From: an uncultured Planctomycetota bacterium
Lineage (GTDB): Bacteria > Planctomycetota > Planctomycetia > Isosphaerales > Isosphaeraceae
Reading direction: 5' to 3'
DNA length: 64,000 nucleotides
Assembly: GCA_963845755.1 (NCBI GenBank)
Contig: CAWJTV010000033.1
Coordinates: forward strand, 519,473-583,472
Shown here: positions 42,356 to 51,271 of the stretch, in pieces
Position numbering within the stretch: the stretch's first letter is position 1
Layout: each line of letters starts with the position of its first letter
Translations under genes and position numbers: made by a program
The notes under the pieces: model-generated
Database searches by the model: none
What the model was told of the DNA's origin: nothing
What the model saw: the letters and a program-made list of their open reading frames with translations, nothing else

Positions 42356-44013
42356 CTACCCCTTCCAACATGCTGAGTTAATTATTATAACCTCTTTGGC
42401 TGGGATGGTTTTCGTTCCCGATCACGGAGGGCTACCTATGTCTCCCAGGCTGATTGATCTCGATGGGCCGACGAAGCGGCTGCGGACGGACCTCCCAGCC
42501 GGTGGTGCCACCCCCGCGCCCCGCCGCCCGGCTGGATCTCCTCGACCCTGCCCCTCCACTCATCGCGGACCTCCCGGCCATCCTCAATCCCTGCATTCAG
42601 GAGTCCCCGGCCACCGTGATGACCCGTATCACCCTGGATTGGCTCCTCCAGGGCACCCCCTTCGACCTCCTCTTCGAGCAGTCCGCCGAGGGCGAATACT
42701 GCCGCGAGTTTACCCTCGAGCACCTCGTGTTGGTCATGCTCGACGTCGTCTGTGGGTTCAACCCCTCCACCCGCTCGGCGTTCCTGGGGCGCCAGCTCCA
42801 ACTGATCGCCTCGCTCTCGGCCTTCTACGGCAAGCTCAATCGCCTGAGCCCGGCCATCACCGCCGCGGTCGTCCGCCACACGGCGATCCGCTGCCGCGCC
42901 CTGATCGAAGGCGGCGGGGGCCTGCTGCCGGAGCCGATCCCCGGCTACTGCCGCCCGCATCCTCGACGGCAACGTCCTGGCCGGGACCGACCATCGCCTG
43001 ACCCCGACGCGGACCACCTGGTCGGCCTGTCTGCCCGGCAAGTCGCTGGCGATCTACGAGCCGGCCAGCGGCTTGATCACCGATCTGATCCTGGAGGAGA
43101 ACGCCCACACCCAGGAGCGCCAACCTGCTCAAGGAAGTCCCCGTCTCGGCCGGCGAGCTGTGGATCCTCGACCGCAACTTGTGCGTCCGCACCTTCTTGT
43201 TCCGCATCGCGCGAGCCGGCGGGTCCTTCCTGGCACGGCGGCACCAAACGACGTTGCCCTACGAACCAGCCGGGCCGCGGCAGTCGCGGGGGCGCTGCCC
43301 GACCGGCAAGGTCCACGAGCAGCCGATCCTCGTGGACGATCCCGAGACGCCCGGGGCGGCGCATCGCCTGCGGCTGATCATCCTGGAATTGGACGAGCCG
43401 ACGCGGGAGGGGGAGACGGAGATCATCCTGGTGACCAACCTGCCCGAGGATGTCTCGGCGATCGACTGCTGCGCCGCGTACCGGGGCCGCTGGGGGATCG
43501 AGGGCCATTTCCAGGTGCTGACCGACCTGCTGAATTGCGAGATCCCCACGCTGGGCTACCCGCGCGCGGCACTGTTCGGCTTCGGGATGTCGGCCGTGGC
43601 CGGCAACGCCCTGGCGGTGCTCAAGGGCGGTCTGCGGGCGGAGCACGGCCGGGAGATGGCCGCAGAAGTGTCGAATCATGCCGTGGTCACCGAGGTGGCG
43701 CGGATCTACCCGGGGATGATGACGGCGGTCCCGCCGCGACTGTGGCCGGAGCTGAGCGATCGCCCGGTGCAGGAGGTGGCGGATTTGCTCAACGAGTTGG
43801 CGGCTCGGATGTCGGTGGAGTGGATGCTCCGGGTACGACGCGGGCCGAAGAAGAAGAAACCGCATCGGAGCAAGGGGGACCGAAACCATCATTTGGCCAC
43901 CAAGAAGCTACTGGACGAGGCCAAGGGGATGTGCCCGCCCAGAGCGGGGTGAGGCGCAACCCACATGGCATCAAGAGTTTGATTATAACGAGTTTGCATG
44001 TTGGAAGGGGTAG
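42356..44013 (+). mobile_element. IS4-family insertion sequence (1658 bp)
   Basis: Perfect 18-bp IRs CTACCCCTTCCAACATGC / GCATGTTGGAAGGGGTAG and a 10-bp direct repeat GTGGGTGAAA (42346-42355, 44014-44023). Confidence 0.92.
42438..43952 (+). CDS. IS4-family DDE transposase (several frameshifts)
   Basis: ILDG, WILDRN, ILVTNLP and YRGRWGIEGHF (IS4 Y-R-W-IE signature). Confidence 0.85.
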
Positions 44014-44087
44014 GTGGGTGAAACCCACCAGTATTTGGCCGATTCATTGGTGGGTTTCACCCACCCTACAGAGTTCTCGGATCGATG

Positions 44088-45098
44088 TTACTCGGCCTTG
44101 GAGGGAGTGGACTTCGCTTCACTGCCGCCGCCCGAAAGCAGTTTCGAGAGCGATTCCAGGTTGGCGGCTTTCTCATCGGCCGTCGGGGCATCGTACTCGG
44201 CCTTGACGGCGAGGGTGTTGACATTCTCGAGATAGTACTTGAGAAACTGCGACACCTCCGGCCGGCGGGCGGCCGAGTTCTTCACATAGATGAACAGCGG
44301 CCGCGACAAGGGGGCATAGCTCTTGTCGGCGATCGTCGCGGGACTGGGCACCACGGGTGTTGCCCCGGCTCCCTTCGCCACGCCCAGTGCCCTGAGTTTA
44401 TCACGGTTGGCGGCATAGTAGGCATAGCCGAAGTAGCCCAGCCCATCGGCATCGCCCGACACGCCGTTGACCAACGTGTTATCGTCGGCACTCTGCTGGA
44501 CGTCGTCGCGCTGGCGATTGGGCTCGCCCGTGATCGCCTCGGTGAAGAACTCGAAGGTCCCGGAGTCGTTGTCGGGCGAGTAGAAGATGATCTTGCGATC
44601 GGGCCAGGACGCGTCGACGTCCTTCCAGGTCTTCACCTTGCTCCCGGGCTCCCAGATGGCCTTCAACTGCGCGACGGTCAGCGACTTGACGAAGTCGTTC
44701 TCCGGGTGCACGACGAGCGTGATCCCGTCGTAACCCACGAGGAACCGGGTCCAGTCGATCCCCTGCTGCTTGGCCTTGGCCTCCTCGTCGGGCTTGGCGG
44801 CGCGCGAGGCGTCGACGATGTCCACATCGCCATCACGAGTGTAGCGGCCGAACCCGCCACCGGTCCCATGGTTGTCCACGACCACCGTGACACCGGGATT
44901 CACGCGATCGAACCCTTCCTGGGCCGCCTTGCTGATTCGAAACACGGTGCTGGAGCCATCGATGAGGACCGTGCCGGCCGCCTGGGGACCAGCGCCTGGG
45001 CTGCCGGTCGATGGGTCGTTCGGCCCGCCGCAGCCGCCGGCGATACCCAGGAAGACCAGCAGACTCATCCGCCAAACTCTGCATCGAACGTCACTCAT
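44088..45098 (-). CDS. pstS: phosphate ABC transporter substrate-binding lipoprotein
   Basis: Lipobox-like IAGGC, IDGSSTV, GTGGGF, DIVDASR, DSGTFEFF, YAPLSRPLFIY. Confidence 0.95.
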   Translation of the reverse strand: MSDVRCRVWRMSLLVFLGIAGGCGGPNDPSTGSPGAGPQAAGTVLIDGSSTVFRISKAAQEGFDRVNPGVTVVVDNHGTGGGFGRYTRDGDVDIVDASRAAKPDEEAKAKQQGIDWTRFLVGYDGITLVVHPENDFVKSLTVAQLKAIWEPGSKVKTWKDVDASWPDRKIIFYSPDNDSGTFEFFTEAITGEPNRQRDDVQQSADDNTLVNGVSGDADGLGYFGYAYYAANRDKLRALGVAKGAGATPVVPSPATIADKSYAPLSRPLFIYVKNSAARRPEVSQFLKYYLENVNTLAVKAEYDAPTADEKAANLESLSKLLSGGGSEAKSTPSKAE

Positions 45099-45258
45099 GC
45101 GTTGCCTTCCCTTGATCGGACCCGTTCCCATACCGATCCCGCGCCGAAGCCGCGAACGGCGCCGTCTCGGCTCGTCGCTCAACCCAGGCCGGATTCCCTC
45201 GCACGCCCTCACCCCGACGGATCGAAGGATTGTCCTCGACGACACGACCGGGCCGCTC

Positions 45259-45303
45259 AGTGTAACCAGGAACCATGAAGGTTTCGTGAATTCCCGATGA
45301 CAT
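45259..45303 (-). promoter_or_regulatory. putative Pho box and -10 upstream of pstS
   Basis: Minus strand: TGTCAT, ATTCAC and CTTCAT at exact 11-bp period, then TACACT 10 nt after the last core. Confidence 0.7.
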
Positions 45304-45448
45304 TCAGTCGAGGGCCGGACTCGCGACCCGATCGCTCGGAAGCAGACCGTCATGACCGGCCGAGTTTCTTCGACATGACCACAGGGACCGGCCTGGCCCA
45401 GATCCAGCATGGATCTAGGCCACCTCTCCACGCATGGTCTGATTGGCG

Positions 45449-45668
45449 TTTCCCGCCATTTCGGCAGTTGGCTTCGTTTCGTGAATTCCCCATCTTTCCT
45501 CGTTTGCCGCCATTTTGGCGGCTGGCTTCGTTTTCGAAATCCGGATTTGGCCAGGTTTCCCATGGTTTTGCTGCCATTTTGGCGGCTGGCTTCGTTTTTG
45601 GAGTTTCGAGTTTGATCCAAAACACGACCGATCATCGGCCATTCTGGCAGATGGCTTGGTTTCGAGCG
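45449..45668. repeat. four imperfect ~30-bp direct repeats GCCATT(T/C)(T/C)GGC(G/A)G(C/T/A)TGGCTT(C/G)GTTT
   Basis: GCCATT cores start at 45455, 45509, 45573 and 45638. Confidence 0.75.
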
Positions 45669-46121
45669 TATTGCAGAGTCCCTCTTGCATCCACTCATTC
45701 GTTCGCATCTCCAAGGACCGGAAACCGCTACCACCTTCGTTACCTGACGATCCGCGCGCACTCTTACACTGATATGATCCGCGCAAGTTCGGGAAAAGTT
45801 GCATAAATTTTCTTGGATTCTTGGAGGAGGTTAGGCCCGCGCTCATCGAGGCCCCGAGTTTCGGCCACGAGCGACCCGACGGTTGGGACATAAGGAGAAG
45901 TGACCAACGCCGACGATCCGACGCCCTCCTCGCATCGCAACCCGTGGAGGTCGCATTCAACGTAGGTGGCGGTGCACTCATCAATTCGTCCGCGCCCCAA
46001 CTATCGACGTGTTGCTTGCGCAAGCCTAATCCCTTACCTGGTTTCGGGAATCCTTGTGCAAACCTCCGTTTTTTCGGTAATGCTGCGGGAGATTTTGCGC
46101 AACCCATCCTGGAGGAACATC

Positions 46122-46760
46122 ATGCCCGCACTCTCATCCCATGATGACACCGATGACCTGCTCGAGCGTACGAGTTGGGGCGATAAACAGGCTCGGGACC
46201 TGCTCCTGGAACGGCATCGGGCGCGGCTGCGGACGATGATCGCCGTTCGGATGGACCGCCGGATCCGGGCTCGAATCGATCCGTCGGACGTCGTTCAGGA
46301 TGTGCTCCAGGAAGCGTCGAAGAACCTGGGTGACTACTTGCAGGACCGCCCGGTCCCGTTTCTTGTCTGGCTGAGGGAAATCGCGTGGAAGCGGTTGGTG
46401 GATCTGCGCCGCCGGCACGTCAACGCGGCGAAGCGGAGTGTGGCGCGTGAAAGGGAATTCGACTTCGGCCTCTCCGACGAGTTGACCGCCGCCCTGGCCG
46501 ATCGGCTGGTCGCCAGCGGGACCTCGCCGAGCAAGCATCTCATGGAGGAGGAACTGCGGGTGGAAGTCGGTGCGGCGTTGCAGGCCCTACCCCCGCTTGA
46601 CCGTGAAGTCCTGATCCTGCGTTATCTGGAACGGCTCTCGTTGGCCGAGACCGCCGAGGCGCTGGGCATCTCGAAAGGAGCAGCCTCGACCCGGCACACT
46701 CGGGCCCTGGGCCGGCTTCGCGAGCTGCTCGACGCCGATCGGAAGGGGGAAGGACGATGA
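46122..46760 (+). CDS. ECF sigma-70 factor, planctomycete kinase-associated type
   Basis: RIRARIDPSDVVQD, FLVWLREIA, TSPSKH, DREVLILRYLERLSLAETAEALG. ATGA overlap with the kinase. Confidence 0.92.
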   Translation: MPALSSHDDTDDLLERTSWGDKQARDLLLERHRARLRTMIAVRMDRRIRARIDPSDVVQDVLQEASKNLGDYLQDRPVPFLVWLREIAWKRLVDLRRRHVNAAKRSVAREREFDFGLSDELTAALADRLVASGTSPSKHLMEEELRVEVGAALQALPPLDREVLILRYLERLSLAETAEALGISKGAASTRHTRALGRLRELLDADRKGEGR

Positions 46761-49700
46761 AGTCCAGACCCCGAAATCTCACCTCCGGCAGCGCCACGGA
46801 CCCTGCGTTCAACGCCCTGGTCGAGGAGTTGGTGGATAAACTCCAGGCCGGAGAGGTGGTCGACCTCGACGCTTACCGCGTCCAATATCCCGAGCAGGCT
46901 GAGAAGCTCGATAAAGTCCTCCCCGCGATCGCGTTGATGGCCGACCTGGGCAAGTCGGTCAGCCCGCCGGCCACACCGGACGGGGGCTCGGCTTCCGACA
47001 CGGCCCATGTCGGTCCAGGTCGTGAGCGAGTCCTGGGCGACTATCGCCTGATCCGCGAGATTGGCCGCGGGGGAATGGCGATCGTGTACGAGGCCGAACA
47101 GGTCGCACTCCGGCGCCGGGTGGCCGTGAAGGTGCTGCCGTACAGTGCGGTGCCCGACAGCCGCCAGCGGGCCCGGTTCCAGCTCGAAGCCCGAGCGGCC
47201 GCGCTGCTCAATCACCCGAACATCGTCCCGGTCTACGCGGTGGGGTCCGACGGCGATCAGCACTACTACGCCATGCAGCTCATCGAGGGGCCGAGCCTCG
47301 CCACGGTGATCCGCGAGCTTCGGCGTCGCCATCGACCCGACGCGGCGCCCGTGGGTGAAGCCGGTGCCGATCCCGAGATCACACCGACGGTGGACCTGCC
47401 AATCCGGTCGGACTCCGCCGAACGCCCCCGAGACTTCTATCGAGCCGCGGCGCATCTGGCACTCCAGGCGGCGGAAGCCCTCGACGACGCCCATCGAAAC
47501 GGAGTGATCCACCGCGACATCAAGCCGGCCAATCTCCTCCTGGACCGGACGGGCCACCTGTGGGTGGCCGATTTCGGCCTGGCCCGGATGCAAGAAGACA
47601 GCGACCTGACCCGCACCGGTGACCTGGTCGGCACCTTGCGGTTCATGAGCCCCGAGCAGGCGATGGGCAAGGCGGTCGTGATCGACCACCGCACCGACAT
47701 CTACTCGCTGGGCGTGACGCTCTACGAGCTGCTCACGCTGACCCCGGCGATCTCGGGTCAGGATCGTCAGGACGTCTTGAACCGGATCGCTCACGAGGAG
47801 CCCTCCCTCCCGCGCCGGATCGATCCGGCTATTCCGAAGGACCTGGAGACGATCGCACTGAAGGCGATCGCCAAGGACCGCGACGGCCGTTATGCGACCG
47901 CAGAGGATCTGGGCAACGACCTGTTGCGGTTCCTCAGGGGAGAGCCGGTCCAGGCCCGAAGGCCGGGTCTCTTCGACCGGGCCTGGAAGTGGGTGCAGCG
48001 CCACCGATCGCTGGTCACCGCGGGATTCGTGACCCTGCTGATGATCCTCCTGGTCCTGGCGGTGAGCTTCGCCGTGATCAAGGTCGAGCAACAGAAGGCC
48101 GTCGAAGCGGCAACCGTCGCGGTCCAGGAGAAACAGAAGGCACTCTCGGCGGCGCAGGATAGCCGGTACGAATCCCTCGCTCAGGTCCTCTTGCGGATCT
48201 TGTGGACGCCGCGCCAGCGCGGGTGGTCGGATGAGGCCAGGAAGACGGTCGAAGAGATGGCCGCCATCCGTGAAGACGATCGGTTCAGGAGCCTCAGCAG
48301 CGCGGTACGGAGGGGATTCGACGCCCAAATCGCCGATTTGATCTCGCCCGGTGGGGGCTCGGTGATCTTCGACTCGACTGGGACACGACTGCTTATCTCG
48401 AAGGTCAACGTCCCCGGTTTTCGAGGTGAAAACCGAGGGACCACGGTCTGGGACACCGCCGCCAAGACACAACACACCACGAAGATCGAGAGCACCGGAC
48501 CAATTGCTTTTCGGCCCGATGGAACGCCGTTGCAGCTTGTTGACGACGGTCACGGGACGCTCCGCCTCTGGGACCTGGCCCACGAACGCATACTCGCCGA
48601 GTTCACGATGCCCGCCATGGCGGCGCCCGGCCCCGAGCCGGCGTATCATCCCGACCCGATCCCCTACGATCGCGCGCTGGCCGCGGACGGCTCGCGGGTC
48701 GCCGCGTCCATCAAGGATCCTGCTGGCCGCCCGTGGGTTTTCGTCTGGGACGCTGTCTCGGGCCGGCTCATCCACCGACTCGCCGGGCGTGCCACTCGAC
48801 TGGCCTTCTCGCCCGACGGCCGCCTCCTGGCCGGCGGCGAGGACGCCGGAAAGATCCACGTCTGGGCGATCCCCGAGGGCGTGGAAGTCAGCTCCCCCTG
48901 GCAAGGGTATCTGACCGTCAGCCAGTTGGCCTTCGGCCGCAATGCCCGGCGTGCGGCTGGAACGGATCCAGGCCGACAGAATCCAGGCCGTGGCTGGTGG
49001 CTGGCGGCCGGCGATTGGGGCGGTAACGTGATGATCTGGGACGTCGAGACCGGCATGCTTCATGTGCGTTGCAAGGGGGGCGGATCGCGGATCGACGCCC
49101 TGGCCTTCTCGCCCGACGGCACCCTGCTGACGGCTGGAGGCCTTGGCCGCATCCACCTGTGGGACGTGACCGCCGGCGCGTCCCTCCTCGACCTTCAGGA
49201 GTTGAGGAGTTGCCTCTCCCTCGCCTTCTCGCCCGATGGGCGGTCTCTGGCCGCAGGCACGGCCTGGTCCGAAAGCAATGGTGGTGACGACAAGAGCCGG
49301 GTCACCCTCTGGAAGATCGAGAACGGTCGCGGGATTCGAACCCTTCGCGGACTGATGACTCCGATCACTCACCTCCGGTTTTCCCCGGACGGCCAATACC
49401 TGGGTGCTCTCGCGAGTGACTGGAAGCTGGCGATCTGGGACCGCCGGACGGGCGAGTTGAAGCACATCCTCGAACCCCCCGAGGGCTACGTCCCCGACAA
49501 CGCCGCGATGTCATTCAGCCCCGATAGCAGTCGCTTCGCCTTCGCATCGGGAGACAAGGCCACCCTCTGGGACCTGGGAACCGGTCGCCAGCTTGGCGCC
49601 TGGTCGCTCCCCTTGGGGCTAGGGGATGTCCTGGCTTTTCGGCCTTCCGGCCAACTGCTCCTGTTTCGCATCGAGACGAAGTCGGGGGAGCGCGGACCCT

Positions 49701-50344
49701 TTCGCGGCGCGGATTACCGACAGCATCCCCGGGTCGGTCGATTCCGAGAACTGCTCGACTCGGGCCGGATGGACACGATTGTCGAGATAGCAGCCTTCAA
49801 TCGCCATGTCTTCACCGACCTTGCGCCCGATGACCTGAGCTACTTCGTGATGGATGGCGTTAACATCGACACTGCGGGTGAGCACCGATCGATCGCCGCC
49901 TTTGACGGGAGGACAGGCAAGCCGAAGTGGTCGTATTCGATACCCGGCGGCCCGAGCACGGGCGTGTCGATTCAACTGGATCCCACCGGCCAGGTCTTAT
50001 GCATCGCCCGGAGTGATCGCAGTGAGTGCGACGTCCTGCGAATGCCTGTGGGAACGTGGATCGGTCCGATGGAATTCCCGGTGTCGATCGGTCCCGGAGC
50101 CAACATCTGGATCGAGGAAGATCCTCTCAAAGGTGCGACGGACACATCCTACCTCGTATTCCGACGCGGTGAGAATCGACCGATCCTGACCCTGGGAACG
50201 CGGGCGATCCCCACAATCGCGAGTGTGTTCCAGTTCAGCGCTGATGGCCGCAGCCTGGCCTGGGCCCACTCGGATGGGACCATCGACGTCGCCGACCTGG
50301 CCGACTTTCCGTACCCCAGCAACCCGATCGAACAAAGACCGTAG
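46757..50344 (+). CDS. Ser/Thr protein kinase with TM helix and WD40 beta-propeller
   Basis: GRGGMAIVY, HRDIKPAN, DFG, GTLRFMSPEQ; hydrophobic LVTAGFVTLLMILLVLAVSFAVI; repeated LAFSPDG...WD. Confidence 0.95.
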   Translation: MKSRPRNLTSGSATDPAFNALVEELVDKLQAGEVVDLDAYRVQYPEQAEKLDKVLPAIALMADLGKSVSPPATPDGGSASDTAHVGPGRERVLGDYRLIREIGRGGMAIVYEAEQVALRRRVAVKVLPYSAVPDSRQRARFQLEARAAALLNHPNIVPVYAVGSDGDQHYYAMQLIEGPSLATVIRELRRRHRPDAAPVGEAGADPEITPTVDLPIRSDSAERPRDFYRAAAHLALQAAEALDDAHRNGVIHRDIKPANLLLDRTGHLWVADFGLARMQEDSDLTRTGDLVGTLRFMSPEQAMGKAVVIDHRTDIYSLGVTLYELLTLTPAISGQDRQDVLNRIAHEEPSLPRRIDPAIPKDLETIALKAIAKDRDGRYATAEDLGNDLLRFLRGEPVQARRPGLFDRAWKWVQRHRSLVTAGFVTLLMILLVLAVSFAVIKVEQQKAVEAATVAVQEKQKALSAAQDSRYESLAQVLLRILWTPRQRGWSDEARKTVEEMAAIREDDRFRSLSSAVRRGFDAQIADLISPGGGSVIFDSTGTRLLISKVNVPGFRGENRGTTVWDTAAKTQHTTKIESTGPIAFRPDGTPLQLVDDGHGTLRLWDLAHERILAEFTMPAMAAPGPEPAYHPDPIPYDRALAADGSRVAASIKDPAGRPWVFVWDAVSGRLIHRLAGRATRLAFSPDGRLLAGGEDAGKIHVWAIPEGVEVSSPWQGYLTVSQLAFGRNARRAAGTDPGRQNPGRGWWLAAGDWGGNVMIWDVETGMLHVRCKGGGSRIDALAFSPDGTLLTAGGLGRIHLWDVTAGASLLDLQELRSCLSLAFSPDGRSLAAGTAWSESNGGDDKSRVTLWKIENGRGIRTLRGLMTPITHLRFSPDGQYLGALASDWKLAIWDRRTGELKHILEPPEGYVPDNAAMSFSPDSSRFAFASGDKATLWDLGTGRQLGAWSLPLGLGDVLAFRPSGQLLLFRIETKSGERGPFRGADYRQHPRVGRFRELLDSGRMDTIVEIAAFNRHVFTDLAPDDLSYFVMDGVNIDTAGEHRSIAAFDGRTGKPKWSYSIPGGPSTGVSIQLDPTGQVLCIARSDRSECDVLRMPVGTWIGPMEFPVSIGPGANIWIEEDPLKGATDTSYLVFRRGENRPILTLGTRAIPTIASVFQFSADGRSLAWAHSDGTIDVADLADFPYPSNPIEQRP

Positions 50345-50368
50345 AGAGCTTGAATTTAGGATGGGATC

Positions 50369-50429
50369 GGGAGGGCGAGGCTCTGTCCGAGCCTGGAAAA
50401 ACGCGGCTCGGACGGAGCCTCGCCCTCCC
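50369..50429. repeat. GGAG-type REP-like palindrome
   Basis: GGGAGGGCGAGGCTCTGTCCGAGCC ... GGCTCGGACGGAGCCTCGCCCTCCC. Confidence 0.8.
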
Positions 50430-51271
50430 AGACATCTCGACCCTCGTTACCTGGCGGGCAGAGACGCCGGCCCCACTGACAAAGCCCTGGTTTTTCCCAG
50501 AGGAGTGGGCCTCCGTGCCCGCCAACCCTCGGCCAAGAACTTAGTTTTTTCCATGAGCCGTTCAGTAACACTCTTCATTCCGCACCCTCGAGGAAGAGGC
50601 ATCCCATGATCGCTCGGCCCGCTCGTTCTCCGCGTCGTCGTCAACTCTTCCCCTTGACGTTCGTCGAATCGCTGGAGACGCGCACGCTGCTCTCCTCCGG
50701 CTTGATGATCACGGCGATCACGCCGACCGAGGTTGAGAACGCCACCTTCGACCATGTTGACCTCACGTTCAACGAGGCCATCGCTCCGTCGTCGTTCACG
50801 ACGGACGACGTGACCCTGGTCGGCCCTCCCGGCACGAGTGCAATTACGGCCACGGGGGTCACGGAGCTGAGCACCACGACCTATCGGGTCTCATTCGACG
50901 CCCTGACCGTACGGGGCACGTATCACATCACGATCGGGCCCGATGTTACGGACCAATCCGGCAACGAGATGGACCAGAACCAGAACGGGGTTCCGGGTGA
51001 AACCCCGGGCGATCAGTACGTCGCGTCGCTGGAATACATCAACGCGACGACCATCTTCACCACCAACACTATCATTCACGAGGGCGACACGACCTACGAC
51101 GGTCAGGACATCGCAGTCGACGGGGCCACAGTGACGATTGACGGCCCGCATGATTTCGATTCCGTGCAACTGGTTCACGGCGCCGCCTTGACCCACTCCG
51201 CGGACACAGCGACACAGACGCATGAGCTCGATCTGACCGTGACGGAGCAGGTAATCGTCGACGCCTCCAGC

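Larger units (their letters stand above)
42339..44070. repeat. GTAG-type REP doublet split by the IS4 insertion
   Basis: Left part TTGTAGGGTGGGTGAAA (42339-42355); right part GTGGGTGAAACCCACC...GGTGGGTTTCACCCACCCTACA (44014-44070). Confidence 0.85.

Noticed and set aside
45449..45668. CRISPR array
   Set aside because: Only four degenerate units with uneven period, and no cas genes or leader in the window.
45099..45761. Long N-terminal extension of PstS in the ORF track
   Set aside because: The lipoprotein signal begins near 45098, and the upstream region holds the Pho box, -10 and repeats.
46622..49465. 947-aa minus-strand ORF (and similar long antisense ORFs such as 20594..22036, 7977..9368, 38829..40406)
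   Set aside because: Shadow ORFs opposite well-supported genes in high-GC DNA, with no recognisable motifs.
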